Below the pieces are notes generated by a model. That model saw only the letters and a list, made by a program, of their open reading frames with translations. It had not been told where the DNA came from and did not search any database. The translations under genes were made by a program, and so were the position numbers. A stretch of DNA of 64,000 nucleotides from Dehalococcoidia bacterium (GTDB lineage Bacteria > Chloroflexota > Dehalococcoidia > DSTF01 > WHTK01): positions 1,328 to 65,327 of the forward strand of contig WHTK01000016.1 of the NCBI GenBank assembly GCA_009377745.1, read 5' to 3'. Below are positions 9,570 to 19,520 of the stretch, in pieces (position 1 is the stretch's first letter; each line of letters begins with the position of its first letter).

Positions 9570-10224
9570 GCACGGCTGCCACACGCCGGTTGAGGTCGCT
9601 CTCCGGGGCGAGGCCGAGCTTCGAGAAGATCGTCGCGCTGCGCTTCTCCACCGTTCCGACGGAAACGTACAGCGCCTCGGCGATAAGCTTGTTCCCCAGG
9701 CCCTCAGCCATCAGCCGCAGCACATCGAGCTCTGCCGGTGTGAGCTCCGCGAGTGGCGAGCCGGGTTTGCGGGAGCGCTGGGCGAGGAGCTTGTCGACGA
9801 TACGCGGGTCGAGCACGGAGCCGCCGCTGGCCACCTCGCGAATCGCGCGCACGACCTGGTCGATATCCCCCACCCGCACCTTGTGCAGATAGCCGTAGCC
9901 CGCAACGCCGTGCTCGAGCAGCGCCCATACGTACCCTTCGTCGTCGTGCTGGGTCAGGATGACGATGCCGCTCTCGGGAAGCTCCTGCTTGATCACGTGA
10001 GCCGCCTCGATCCCTTCCATCGAATAGGTGGGCGGCATCTTGACGTCCATGAGGACCACGTCGGGTTTCAGCCGCCGCGCCTCGGCGAGGACGCCCTCGT
10101 AGTCAGAGGCCACGCCGACCACATCGAGGCCGCCGTTCTCCTCGAGCAGGCGCCTGGTGCCTTCGCGCATGAGGTACTGGTCCTCAGCGATCAGCACCCG
10201 CAGGCGAGCGTCATCCCGCTTCAC
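9538..10224 (-). CDS. NarL/FixJ-family response regulator (REC + LuxR HTH)
   Basis: LIAEDQYLMREG...DVVLMDVKMP (REC); C-terminal LTPAELDVLRLMAEGLGNKLIAEALYVSVGTVEKRSATIFSKLG (LuxR HTH). Convergent/overlapping with kinase. Confidence 0.85.
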   Translation of the reverse strand: MKRDDARLRVLIAEDQYLMREGTRRLLEENGGLDVVGVASDYEGVLAEARRLKPDVVLMDVKMPPTYSMEGIEAAHVIKQELPESGIVILTQHDDEGYVWALLEHGVAGYGYLHKVRVGDIDQVVRAIREVASGGSVLDPRIVDKLLAQRSRKPGSPLAELTPAELDVLRLMAEGLGNKLIAEALYVSVGTVEKRSATIFSKLGLAPESDLNRRVAAVLIYLRESPGR

Positions 10225-10357
10225 GTCATTCTCCCCACCGCAGTCTCAGGCGGCTGTCAACAGGAAGCCGCAGTTGCTCTTGCTATCGGCCGTCCGCGGA
10301 GGCTGCCAATTCAAACTGCTGTCTCTAAGATAATAGGGAGATTGATGTCGGCCGCGT

Positions 10358-10783
10358 TCACTGCAGCGGCAGTGGCGGCTGCAGGACCGGCGGATCTCCG
10401 CTTACTTCAACGGACTGAACCCACTTGACCCAGTTGTAGCCGCGCCGTCCCGGCGCGACCAGTCGCGCTGGAAAGCCGTGCACCGGGCTGAGCGGCTCGC
10501 CCGCCACCTGAAGGGCCAAGAGCAGACGATCTGCATCATCGAGCCTAAACCGCCGGTCATAACCAGTGACGGATTTGACTATCAGCGAACGCGCCTCGTC
10601 GAGGACACGCGCCTCGGCCAACAGCGTGGAGATGTGTACGCCTTGCCAGTCCTGCCTCGTAAACCAGCCGCCCGTGCAGTCGAGAAGCGCCCGAGTAACT
10701 GAAGACGGCCGCGAGAGCAGGTCATCGTAAGTGAGAACCAGCTCACGGGCGACGTGCCCGCGTATCTGTAGACGCCATGTCAC
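10358..10783 (-). CDS. Sulfite-oxidase-fold molybdopterin oxidoreductase domain (MsrP/YedY-like); GTG start 5 codons after an in-frame TAG
   Basis: LDCTGGWFTRQDWQGVHISTLL...GEPLSPVHGFPARLVAPGRRGYNWVKWVQSVEV. Confidence 0.6.
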   Translation of the reverse strand: MTWRLQIRGHVARELVLTYDDLLSRPSSVTRALLDCTGGWFTRQDWQGVHISTLLAEARVLDEARSLIVKSVTGYDRRFRLDDADRLLLALQVAGEPLSPVHGFPARLVAPGRRGYNWVKWVQSVEVSGDPPVLQPPLPLQ

Positions 10784-10795
10784 CTGATCGATCCG

Positions 10796-11404
10796 CTAGG
10801 TCTTGTCAAGAAACCAATTAGTCACGGGGTGGGCGTTGCCTGTAAAGCTGCCCTCCTCACGGGACCCGGTGAATCTTCTGTCAGCGCCTGAGAGAGAAGC
10901 TAATGCGCTCAGCCCTTCGCTCGTCTGCCAGATGATTGCTCCCGCGAAAGCGCCGGCGAGCGCGCGCAATGCTTGCCGGCGCGCGAGGAAGTCGTCCTTG
11001 CGTGGCGGGAACCAGCGTAGAACGACGTGAAGTACAAGTGGCATGAGAATGGCCAGCGATAGGATTACGTGCATGGTCAGTCCGGTTATCTCTCCGTAAA
11101 GCGGTATGGCGATGCGCGGCAAGCCCGCCGTTGACCAGAGGATCCCAGAGACGAGGGAACCGAGGAACAGCAGTGAGAGCAGGATAGGCAGCGCGGCCCA
11201 GGCACCCCATCGGCGCCGGGCGAATGACCGCAATGCAATGGCCGTCTTCCACGGCACCAACAAGGCAAGTGTCAGACCGCCGACGGCGTGGACCCAGAAT
11301 ACCCAGCGGCCGTCTGGCGTTCCCACCAGAAAGCCGGCGAAGCCGGATACGAACTCAACAGTGACGAGGACGAGGATGGTCAGGTTGACAGCGCGTGCGC
11401 TCAT
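10796..11404 (-). CDS. Polytopic membrane protein; same frame as 10358-10783, separated only by TAG + 4 codons (possible split fusion or two-subunit enzyme)
   Basis: 202 aa, 5-6 hydrophobic helices; ends GNAHPVTNWFLDKT* and reads into the Mo-domain ORF. Confidence 0.5.
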   Translation of the reverse strand: MSARAVNLTILVLVTVEFVSGFAGFLVGTPDGRWVFWVHAVGGLTLALLVPWKTAIALRSFARRRWGAWAALPILLSLLFLGSLVSGILWSTAGLPRIAIPLYGEITGLTMHVILSLAILMPLVLHVVLRWFPPRKDDFLARRQALRALAGAFAGAIIWQTSEGLSALASLSGADRRFTGSREEGSFTGNAHPVTNWFLDKT

Positions 11405-12010
11405 GGCCTTCTCTGGTCAAAGAATACCGCCGAATACCGAGTCAGTCGGCGGAGGTTGATGACCCTGTCGCCTTGCACCTTATGGACACGTCGCGGTTAG
11501 TGGTCAGGTGGGCACACTTCTAGGAGTGGTGATGACTACCGGGCGAAAGAGCGTCCATAAGGAGAACGGCTGACCCCGCGAGCAAGCTCAGTCCAAGAGT
11601 CAGCGGAACCCCGAGACTGGGCAGAAGGGCGAGCACGAGGATAGTGGCAACAAGGCTCGCCGCGGCGAGGCCCAAGAAACGATAGCATATGCGTCTTGTG
11701 GAGGATCAGTCTCGGGCTTCATCGTGGATCACGTCCACGCTTCCAAAACTTCAGCACAGCGCTCTCGAACCGGATGCGCCACTCGTCTTCGAGCCCCACT
11801 TAACCCAAGCACCCGCTTGAGCCGAAACAAATTTAGTCTAATACTAAGTGTTTGTGCACGGCTAAGTAACTTACGGTGGTCTTCAAGAAGCGGCTGGACA
11901 GGATCGAATTTGGCGTTGGATTCAGATGCCTTCGAGGGCAACCTACTCTCTCATCCAGGCCGCGACTGCGAGATAGTCAGATGGAGTGAAGGCCTAGACG
12001 GAGTGAAGGC

Positions 12011-12466
12011 CTAGACGGAGTCCTCACCCGTTTCGGTTATCCTTTCGGCTGCATTGGCGAACTCTTCCAAGCAATTCGTAAGGGCGTCGACCCGTTCCAG
12101 CCCCAGTGCAGCGAACACGGCTTCTATATAAGCTGTGCCCGCAATCGTGATCTCGTCCAGAATCCGCTGTCCTTCGTTCGTCAGTCGTAGCCGGACGATG
12201 CGACGGTCCTTGCTATCGTGGAAGCGCCTCACTAAGCGCTGCTTGACGAGGCGTTCGGCGATACCGGTCAAAGTCGCAGCCCTAATGTGCATCTCCGTAG
12301 CCAGATCTCCAACCGACGGATCTCCGGACTCCCTAATGAGGTAGATCACACGTAGCTGAGGCATGGTCAGGCCACGGCGATCCCAGAACCGTAGGCGGAT
12401 CGGGTCGGCGACGGTCATGGCACGTACATAGGCTCGCAAAGCGCGTTCGTTAGTGGGGTTCGTCAT
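12011..12466 (-). CDS. MarR-family transcriptional regulator
   Basis: LTMPQLRVIYLIRESGDPSVGDLATEMHIRAATLTGIAERLVKQRLVRRFHDSKDRRIVRLRLTNEG. Confidence 0.8.
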   Translation of the reverse strand: MTNPTNERALRAYVRAMTVADPIRLRFWDRRGLTMPQLRVIYLIRESGDPSVGDLATEMHIRAATLTGIAERLVKQRLVRRFHDSKDRRIVRLRLTNEGQRILDEITIAGTAYIEAVFAALGLERVDALTNCLEEFANAAERITETGEDSV

Positions 12467-12948
12467 GTGCCTCGACTTTGATCAGCTGAGCTGGCCTCGG
12501 TCTCGATTCTCTCGAGTGCGGTCAGGACATCGGATAGGTGGCGGCCGATCGCCAGATCATGCCGGATCACCGAACGAATTGTTCCTTCTTTGTCAATAAC
12601 ATACGTAACTCTTGCGATGAGGGAAAGGAAGCCCTGGGCATCGTAGGCCTTCACTATCTGCTTTCTGGGGTCGGCAATGAGAGGAAATTCAAGCGAGTAC
12701 CTCTCTCGAAAGGATCGATGCGACTCCAGCGAGTCCGGGCTAATACCGACAATCACGGCGTCAAACTGCTTAATCGCTTCGTAGTTCACCTGGAAGCTAC
12801 AGGCCTCACGGGTGCAGCCCGCGGTGAAGTCCTTGGGATAGAAGTACAAGACGACGTTTTTCCTGCCTCTAAGGCTTGCCAGGTGGAAAAGCTGGCCATC
12901 ATCGAGCTCGGACTCGAAGTCCGGCGCTTTCGTGCCCTCCTTTAACAT
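12463..12948 (-). CDS. bcp: Thiol peroxidase, Bcp-type peroxiredoxin (AhpC/TSA family)
   Basis: APDFESELDDGQLFHLASLRGRKNVVLYFYPKDFTAGCTREACSF; 4-bp overlap with MarR gene (operon). Confidence 0.8.
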   Translation of the reverse strand: MLKEGTKAPDFESELDDGQLFHLASLRGRKNVVLYFYPKDFTAGCTREACSFQVNYEAIKQFDAVIVGISPDSLESHRSFRERYSLEFPLIADPRKQIVKAYDAQGFLSLIARVTYVIDKEGTIRSVIRHDLAIGRHLSDVLTALERIETEASSADQSRGT

Positions 12949-13449
12949 ATAGGCCTCCCCTGATTCTCCTCTGAAGGCTGAGCAGCCTGTTTCCGGGCGC
13001 CAATCACGTCAGAAGCCCCGTAACACATGGACAGTACTTAGCCTAACAGAAATAGTTAGTGCTACCCTAAGCACAGCAAGACAGGGATGGTGGAAGCAGC
13101 TGTGAACATTTTTGGTAGCCTCTGGACCCGGCGACAAAAGCAAAGGGAGGCTCCCGCGCCAAAGGCGTGTAATCACACAACCCTGATTCCACGCTGGGAT
13201 CGCGTTGAGGACATGGCCCACAATGAACGCGCTTACTTTTTCATTTGTGATTCCTGCGCCCAGATCTTTTCTCCGGACGGAGCACAGAAGCTGCGAAGCG
13301 GCGGCCAAAGTTCAGCTAGCTGAAGTGGTCTTAATGCGCCTAACAAAACCGCGGCGCGAGTAGGCGAGAAAGCAGGATGGTTGCGAGCCATGGGATCGAG
13401 TCGAAGGAACGCCTGGGCGCCACCGGTTTCTCCGAGGGCGGTGAACGCT

Positions 13450-13620
13450 TCAGAAGAGTTCCTCGGCCAGCGCGACGATGATGCCCGCCGGGCCTCGCAT
13501 GTAGCAGAGTCTGTACATGTCCTCGTACTGGGCCACCTCGCCGACGAGTTCGGCGCCGTTGTCGCGCAGGCGAGCGACAGTGTCGTCGACGCTTTCGACT
13601 GTAAACATGACGCTCCGGAG
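13450..13620 (-). pseudogene. VOC/glyoxalase-family C-terminal fragment
   Basis: MFTVESVDDTVARLRDNGAELVGEVAQYEDMYRLCYMRGPAGIIVALAEELF*; upstream portion of the ORF is out of frame. Confidence 0.4.
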
Positions 13621-13749
13621 GCCCAGCGTGTTCGGCGGTGCGACTGCCGCGCGATCTCGTCGATGCGAGATTCGCGGCCGAAGTGGTTGACAGCGGCGCC
13701 GAGCGATCGGTAGGAGCCGGTTCGCAGCGGGCTCTGCGATACTAGGGAC

Positions 13750-14230
13750 ATGACGATCAAAAGATTGGACCACGTCAGCGTCGTCGTCGACGCCCTTGCA
13801 GCCGCTAGCGCTTTTTTCACCGCGCTCGGGCATGACGCTCGAAGGCGAGACGCCGGTCGAGGGCCCGTGGGTCGATCGCATCAACGCGCTCGAAGATGTC
13901 CAGGTCGACATCGTTATGATGCGGACCCCAGATGGGCACGGGCGGCTTGAGCTGACGAAGTTTCGCAACGAAAGCGTGACAGATCAGCGCTTCCGCAACG
14001 TCCTGGAGAGCGCCGCCCGGCAGTTCGGCTCGACGCCCTCGAAGCCGCAGTCGGGGCGCGGCGTGGATTGTGCCCTCGCCTTCGATGTAGGTAGCTACGG
14101 CGGTGCCTGCTTCAAGCTCGATGTCTCCGGCAGCGAGGTCAACGTCGAGCGCGTTGTGCTGGCGGCCGATTGCGGCCAGATCGTCAACCCCGTCGGCGTC
14201 GAGAACCAGATCGAGGGCGCCATTGAATCA
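13750..14230 (+). pseudogene. Fragment mosaic: VOC/glyoxalase N-terminus (frameshifted) followed by aldehyde-oxidase/xanthine-dehydrogenase Mo-binding C-terminal fragment
   Basis: MTIKRLDHVSVVVDALAAASAFFTALG then, in another frame, VEGPWVDRINALEDVQVDIVMMRTPDGHGRLELTKF. Further on, VERVVLAADCGQIVNPVGVENQIEGA (CoxL/XdhB-like signature). Confidence 0.35.
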
Positions 14231-14956
14231 AACTATCCGTCGAGACGCGGGGGTGCTAAATCAATAGGTAGCACGATGACTTCCATGAGAAGGCTCCAAA
14301 ATAGAAAATTCCCGAGTGGTTCCCCGATTGTCTTGGATGACATAAGTCCAGACCAATCAGATTCAATGGCCTTTAACGGCCTTCCAATGGACTCTTTGAA
14401 GCGTCCCAGTGCGGCCTCATAACGCGAAGGTCAAGACGTTCGGTGACCAACCGTCCACCCAGAGTAATTACGGCCATCCTGGGACGGCCTAGCGACCAAG
14501 AAAGACTCGCCGCGCCCGTATCACGTCTTCTGGCGAGGTCCCTAATCCACAGTGAGCCTGCAAGTTTAATGGGGTTTGACCGGCTGCCGAACTCATAGCG
14601 GCGCTATCTTAGCGACTGACCGCCACTAGCTGGCTCGCGGGCAGCAGGTGAAGCACGTGACGACCTAACCATCCTCCATCCTTCGGCAGCGTCCTCGCAC
14701 AGTTGGACATGAAGGCTTCCTGAAGGTCCTTACCACTTGGGGACGGACTCGAACGTGCGACCAACTACTTGGAAGCAAAGGTTCATCGGGAGTTAGTCTA
14801 GCCTCGAAACCGCCTTCACGAGAACCCAGGGAGCGCGTCGGTTCGCCAAACTTGCCAACCGGCAACATGATGTTCACATGCCCGTCACTTGCCTGAAATA
14901 CGACCAGCCTAGATTCGATGCATTGGCCGTTCCCATAGAGGAGACGAGGTGCTGCA

Positions 14957-15340
14957 TTGAAAGAAGTCACCGCCATCCTGCGCCCGGAGAAGTGGGCCGC
15001 GACTCGCGAAGCCATCCAAGCCATTGGCGTCGAGGAGCTGATCCAGCACCGGGTGATTGGGCGTGGCAAGCAGCGCGGCCTTCGCTACCTCCGGCGCGCA
15101 ACGGACGCGGGGGAAGGGGATATGCCCTACCTGCCGAAGCGCATGGTCGTCTGCCTTGTCGCAGACGAGTCATATACGGCCCTGCTCAACGCAATCATCA
15201 AGGTCAATCAAACCGGCAACGTCGGTGACGGCAAGATATTCATCCGGTCGCTTGGCGTCATTCAAGACATCCAGCCCAAAGCAGACGCCGAGGCCAATGC
15301 CACCGCCGTGGCGCAGATTCCGGCACGAATTAGAACTTGA
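14957..15340 (+). CDS. P-II (GlnB/GlnK) family signal-transduction protein with extended T-loop; TTG start
   Basis: (M)KEVTAILRPEKWAATREAIQAIGVEELIQHRVIGRGKQRG...GDGKIFIRSLGVIQDI; first gene of a co-directional cluster. Confidence 0.55.
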   Translation: MKEVTAILRPEKWAATREAIQAIGVEELIQHRVIGRGKQRGLRYLRRATDAGEGDMPYLPKRMVVCLVADESYTALLNAIIKVNQTGNVGDGKIFIRSLGVIQDIQPKADAEANATAVAQIPARIRT

Positions 15341-15990
15341 CTAAGCGAGAAGGCATCAACTACCCCAAATTCAAAGACCAGTTTGCAGTCATGGACTTCG
15401 ACGCCGAGCCCATGCCCGTCCTCTCGCTCTTTCCCGTGCCTGACATCGCGCCAATCGAGGAATGGCAAGTCACGTTGACTGGGGTCATGGGAGAGCGCGT
15501 CACTCTAGGATGGCCTGATCTAGGCGCACTCCCGCGTGTGAGAGAGAGGGCACCGCTTGTTTGCCAGATCTTCAACTGGTCAGAGGAGCCGATCGTAGAG
15601 GGCGTACGACTCTGTGAGGTAGTCGAACTTGCTGGACTACAGGCTCAGGACCAGGCGTATTGGGGCTTCTACTCGGCCGACGGCTTCTACTTCGAGACTC
15701 TGCCGCGTTCGATGGCGCTCGATCCGCGTGTCTTGCTCGTCTTCGGTCTTAACGACGCCCCGCTTCCGACGCAGTACGGCGGGCCGCTGCGGCTCTGGGT
15801 GCCGTTTCTCCAAGGCTACAAGAGCGTGAAATGGGTGCAAACTGTCCGTGCTTTTCGAAAGGACCCGATCGGCATAAAGCGACTGCTCGGCCAGAGCCGC
15901 ACAGCGGTGCTGGGGAGCGACGGTCAGGAGAAGGCGGGCATCGTCGTCGCGAAGCCTGCTATGGGAGACGAGAGCCTCGCTGACATTTAA
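15337..15990 (+). CDS. Stand-alone sulfite-oxidase-family molybdopterin oxidoreductase domain protein (217 aa)
   Basis: WQVTLTGVMGERVTLGWPDLGALP...LVCQIFNWSEEPIVEGVRLCEVVELAG...YGGPLRLWVPFLQGYKSVKWVQTV; start overlaps P-II stop (ATGA-type coupling). Confidence 0.65.
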   Translation: MTKREGINYPKFKDQFAVMDFDAEPMPVLSLFPVPDIAPIEEWQVTLTGVMGERVTLGWPDLGALPRVRERAPLVCQIFNWSEEPIVEGVRLCEVVELAGLQAQDQAYWGFYSADGFYFETLPRSMALDPRVLLVFGLNDAPLPTQYGGPLRLWVPFLQGYKSVKWVQTVRAFRKDPIGIKRLLGQSRTAVLGSDGQEKAGIVVAKPAMGDESLADI

Positions 15991-16032
15991 GGCCATGCTT
16001 TTCATATCGCCAGCAGGGGAGGCTACCCGGGT

Positions 16033-17292
16033 TTGAACCCACCACTCGCAGCGCAACGCGGACACACGCCAACGCTCATCGCCTCCTTCTTGCATTTCGA
16101 CTTGAGCTTCATGCTTTGGGTCCTTCCCGGAGCTCTCGGCGTATACATCGCCAAGAGCCTGCAATTGACGCAGGCCGAGAAGGGCCTCGTGGTGGCGGTG
16201 CCGATCCTCAGCGGCGCTTTGCTTCGCCTGCCTATGGGGCTGCTCAGCGACCAGATTGGCGCGAAACGCGTCGGCATGGGCATGCTCGCTTTTCTCTTCC
16301 TTCCGTTAGCGCTGGGCTGGCAAGCGGGAAACAGTCTCCAAGCATGGCTCGGCATCGGCCTCTTGCTAGGGACGGCGGGCGCTTCCTTCGCCGTCGCCCT
16401 ACCATTGGCAAGCCGCTGGTACCCGCCGGAACGGCAGGGGCTCGTCATGGGAATAGCCGCAGCGGGCAATAGCGGTACGGTTATCGCTAACCTGCTGGCG
16501 CCCCGGCTGGCGAACCAGGTCGGCTGGCACAACGTCCTGGGCCTGGCGATGCTGCCTCTCGCACTCGTGCTGGTCGTCTTCGTGTTAGCGGCTAAGGACG
16601 CTCCAAAAATCGCAACCAGCCGCGAAGTCCTTCCGTTGCGATTGGTCCTGAGACAAGCAGACCTCTGGTGGTTCTGCCTCCTCTACAGCATCACTTTTGG
16701 CGGCTATGTCGGACTGACCAGCTTCTTCCCATTGTTCCTGCGCGGGCAATACGAGACCAGCCCGGTCACGGCTGGCTACCTAACGGCACTCGTGGCCTTT
16801 GCAGGCAGCGCCGTACGACCCCTCGGCGGATATCTTGCGGATCGATTCGGCGGCACGCAGATGCTTTCCCTGCTCCTGGTAGCGGTAGGCACCATTTACG
16901 CGGCCATTTCCTTTCTGCCGCCGCTCGGAGCCCTAATGCTGCTGGCTACAGTTGGCATCGCTTGTCTGGGCATGGGGAATGGCGCCGTCTTCCAGCTCGT
17001 GCCTCGCCGCTTCCAAGGTGAGATCGGCATTGCGACCGGCGTGGTCGGCGCCTTCGGTGGCATCGGCGGATTCCTCCTGCCCAACCTCCTGGCGAACGTC
17101 AAAGGAATTAGCGGTTCCTACGGCCCAGGCTTTCTTGTACTGACGGCCTGCTGCTTTGGAGTGCTATTTGCTCTGCGGGGATTAGCCCTGCTGAGCAGCG
17201 GCTGGCGCTTGTCCTGGGGAACGACTTTGGTGGGCACAACCTTGAAAACAGGCGCGCCAGAGCGGGTCCAGATGGCGCCATACATGCTATGA
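16033..17292 (+). CDS. MFS transporter, nitrate/nitrite porter (NNP) family-like
   Basis: 12-TM pattern; glycine-rich NNP-like signatures GIAAAGNSGTVIANLLAP and GVVGAFGGIGGFLLPNLL. Confidence 0.65.
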   Translation: MNPPLAAQRGHTPTLIASFLHFDLSFMLWVLPGALGVYIAKSLQLTQAEKGLVVAVPILSGALLRLPMGLLSDQIGAKRVGMGMLAFLFLPLALGWQAGNSLQAWLGIGLLLGTAGASFAVALPLASRWYPPERQGLVMGIAAAGNSGTVIANLLAPRLANQVGWHNVLGLAMLPLALVLVVFVLAAKDAPKIATSREVLPLRLVLRQADLWWFCLLYSITFGGYVGLTSFFPLFLRGQYETSPVTAGYLTALVAFAGSAVRPLGGYLADRFGGTQMLSLLLVAVGTIYAAISFLPPLGALMLLATVGIACLGMGNGAVFQLVPRRFQGEIGIATGVVGAFGGIGGFLLPNLLANVKGISGSYGPGFLVLTACCFGVLFALRGLALLSSGWRLSWGTTLVGTTLKTGAPERVQMAPYML

Positions 17293-17305
17293 GCGGGAGG
17301 GCCTG

Positions 17306-18862
17306 ATGCAGGTAGGAACCAATTCGATCGAGCGTCTCAAGGCGGAGAAGGATGGCCTCGATATCCAGTCGGAAATCGAGGAACTCGCAGCTCAGCATGG
17401 TGGCTGGGAGACGATGGATGCTCCGACCAGGGAACGACTGAAGTGGATCGGCACGTTCTACCGGAAGCCGACGCCGGGCCAGTTCATGATGCGCATCCGC
17501 ATCACGGGCGGTCAGGCGACTTCCGATCAGCTCCGAGCCTTGGCAGCGATCTCTCGCCGGCAGGGCAACGGCATACTCGACATTACTACCCGCCAACAAA
17601 TCGAGCTGCGAGCGATCCAGATCAGCAGCGTTCCAGGAATCCTCGAGGCGATGGAGGGCGTGGATCTCAGTTCCCTCCAAACAGGCATGGACAACGTGCG
17701 CAATGTGAACACTTGCCCGCTGTCCGGCCTGACTAACGCGGAGTTGCTGGACGCGGCTCCGGTGGGGGAAGAGTTGACTCGACTCTTCTTGAACAATAAG
17801 GAGTTCACGAATCTTCCCCGCAAGTTCAACGTGACCATTACCGGCTGCTTGGAGAACTGCACCCATACAGAAACGCAGGACGTAGGCATGACGCCCGCCG
17901 TGAGGCGCTCCGATGGTTTTCCAGGTTTCAACGTTGCCGTGGGCGGCAAGATGGGCTCCGGTGGCATGACCATCGCCCAACCCTTAAATGTTTTTGTCGA
18001 GCCGCACGAGGCCGCCGCTTTAACGGGGGCTATCATCCTTCTCTTCCGAGACGAGGGAAGCCGAGAGCAGCGCAGCCGCGCCCGCTTGGCCTTCTTGGTC
18101 GAGGACTGGGGGATCGAGCGCTTCCGCGCAGAACTCGAACGCCGTTGGGGGAAACCCCTGCAGGCGGCAGGGCGGGATGTTCGTCTCGCGACTCACACGG
18201 ATCACCTTGGCGTGGAAAAGCAACAGCAGTCCGGCCTCTGGTCCGTTGGCCTCTGCGTTCTCACCGGGCGTGTGAATGGTGAGCATCTTGAAGAGCTGGC
18301 CCGGCTGGCTGACACATACGGGTCGGGCCACGTCCGCCTGACTCCCGCGCAAAATGCCGTCCTTGTGAATGTCCCGGAGCAACGGCTACCAACCCTTTTG
18401 GCGGAGCCTTTGTTGAAAGAGCTCTCCCCACAAGCGCACTCCTTTACGAGGGGGATGGTTACCTGCATTGGCACGGATTACTGCAATCTGGCGTTGATTG
18501 AGACTAAAACAACGGGCAGGGATCTCGCCGAGCGGCTGGCCGAGCGCTTCCCCTTGGCGGAGCCATTGACCATGCATTGGTCGGGTTGCCCGGCCGGATG
18601 CGGCAACCATCAGGCGGCTGACATCGGCTTCCAGGGAACCAAAGCGCGCATTGACGGCGAAGTCGTGGACGCGGTCAGCATCTTCGTCGGCGGCCAGACC
18701 GGTCCAAACGCTAGGCCGGCGGAAATGCTCATGGACCTCGTGCCAGTGACAATGCTGGACGATGTGATGCCGCTCCTCATCAGCAACCTGGAGACACTGA
18801 AGAAGGTCCGCAGGGTACCGGAGGCGGAAGAAAGCGTCCTCATGGTGCCGGCCCTGCCCTGA
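17306..18862 (+). CDS. nirA: Ferredoxin-dependent assimilatory nitrite/sulfite reductase (siroheme + 4Fe-4S)
   Basis: Two NIR_SIR repeats; cysteine cluster TCIGTDYCNLALIETK...WSGCPAGCGNHQAADIGFQG. Confidence 0.8.
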   Translation: MQVGTNSIERLKAEKDGLDIQSEIEELAAQHGGWETMDAPTRERLKWIGTFYRKPTPGQFMMRIRITGGQATSDQLRALAAISRRQGNGILDITTRQQIELRAIQISSVPGILEAMEGVDLSSLQTGMDNVRNVNTCPLSGLTNAELLDAAPVGEELTRLFLNNKEFTNLPRKFNVTITGCLENCTHTETQDVGMTPAVRRSDGFPGFNVAVGGKMGSGGMTIAQPLNVFVEPHEAAALTGAIILLFRDEGSREQRSRARLAFLVEDWGIERFRAELERRWGKPLQAAGRDVRLATHTDHLGVEKQQQSGLWSVGLCVLTGRVNGEHLEELARLADTYGSGHVRLTPAQNAVLVNVPEQRLPTLLAEPLLKELSPQAHSFTRGMVTCIGTDYCNLALIETKTTGRDLAERLAERFPLAEPLTMHWSGCPAGCGNHQAADIGFQGTKARIDGEVVDAVSIFVGGQTGPNARPAEMLMDLVPVTMLDDVMPLLISNLETLKKVRRVPEAEESVLMVPALP

Positions 18863-18891
18863 AGAATTTTAGAGAGGGAAATGTAGAAGAA

Positions 18892-19209
18892 ATGAAGATG
18901 ATTCAAGCGGTTCTAAGACCCGATCGTGAGGAACCGGTAGCTGCCGCCCTGGCGAAAGCAAACTTTCCGGCGCTGACTAAGTGGGACGTTGTCGGTCGCG
19001 GCAAACAACAGGGAATCCAGGTTGGTAGCCAGATGTACGACGAGCTGGCGAAGTCCATGATGATTGTCGTTGTCAACGACGATGACGCCGAGCGGGTCGT
19101 CCAGATCATTCGAGAGGCCGCTTACAGCGGCTACACCGGAGACGGGAAGATATTTGTCGCGCCCATCGACGATGCCTACACAATTCGCACCGGAAAGGCG
19201 GAACTTTAA
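18892..19209 (+). CDS. P-II family signal-transduction protein (second copy)
   Basis: MKMIQAVLRPDREEPVAAALAKANFPALTKWDVVGRGKQQGIQVG...YTGDGKIFVAPIDDAYTIRTGKAEL. Confidence 0.6.
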   Translation: MKMIQAVLRPDREEPVAAALAKANFPALTKWDVVGRGKQQGIQVGSQMYDELAKSMMIVVVNDDDAERVVQIIREAAYSGYTGDGKIFVAPIDDAYTIRTGKAEL

Positions 19210-19520
19210 GGCTCGTCATTCTTCGAACCCGACGATGATTCCCCTCTATATGAAAAGATAGGAGGCCCGTAAAGACCTCCTGCAGCATTGCTATTGGATT
19301 GTGTTCTCGCCGATGCCCGTCTTTAAGTAACGCTCCTTGGAAAACTTGGCTGTTGACTAATAACCGGGCCTATGTTTTCTTAGGTGGCGGTCTCCGGCTC
19401 CTTGTCAGGCCCTGCCTCCGGCTGGGCTAGAGCGCTACCTCTTGTGAAATCGGCCACCACTGGACCAACATGGGCATGTTGATGACGTGAACGAAAGTTG
19501 GCCTTGCGCGCGGATTGGCT

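Noticed and set aside
16021-16045. tRNA T-arm-like sequence (cccgggtttgaaccc) on minus strand
   Set aside because: It lies within the start of the MFS coding sequence. There is no acceptor or CCA, and no cloverleaf can be built.
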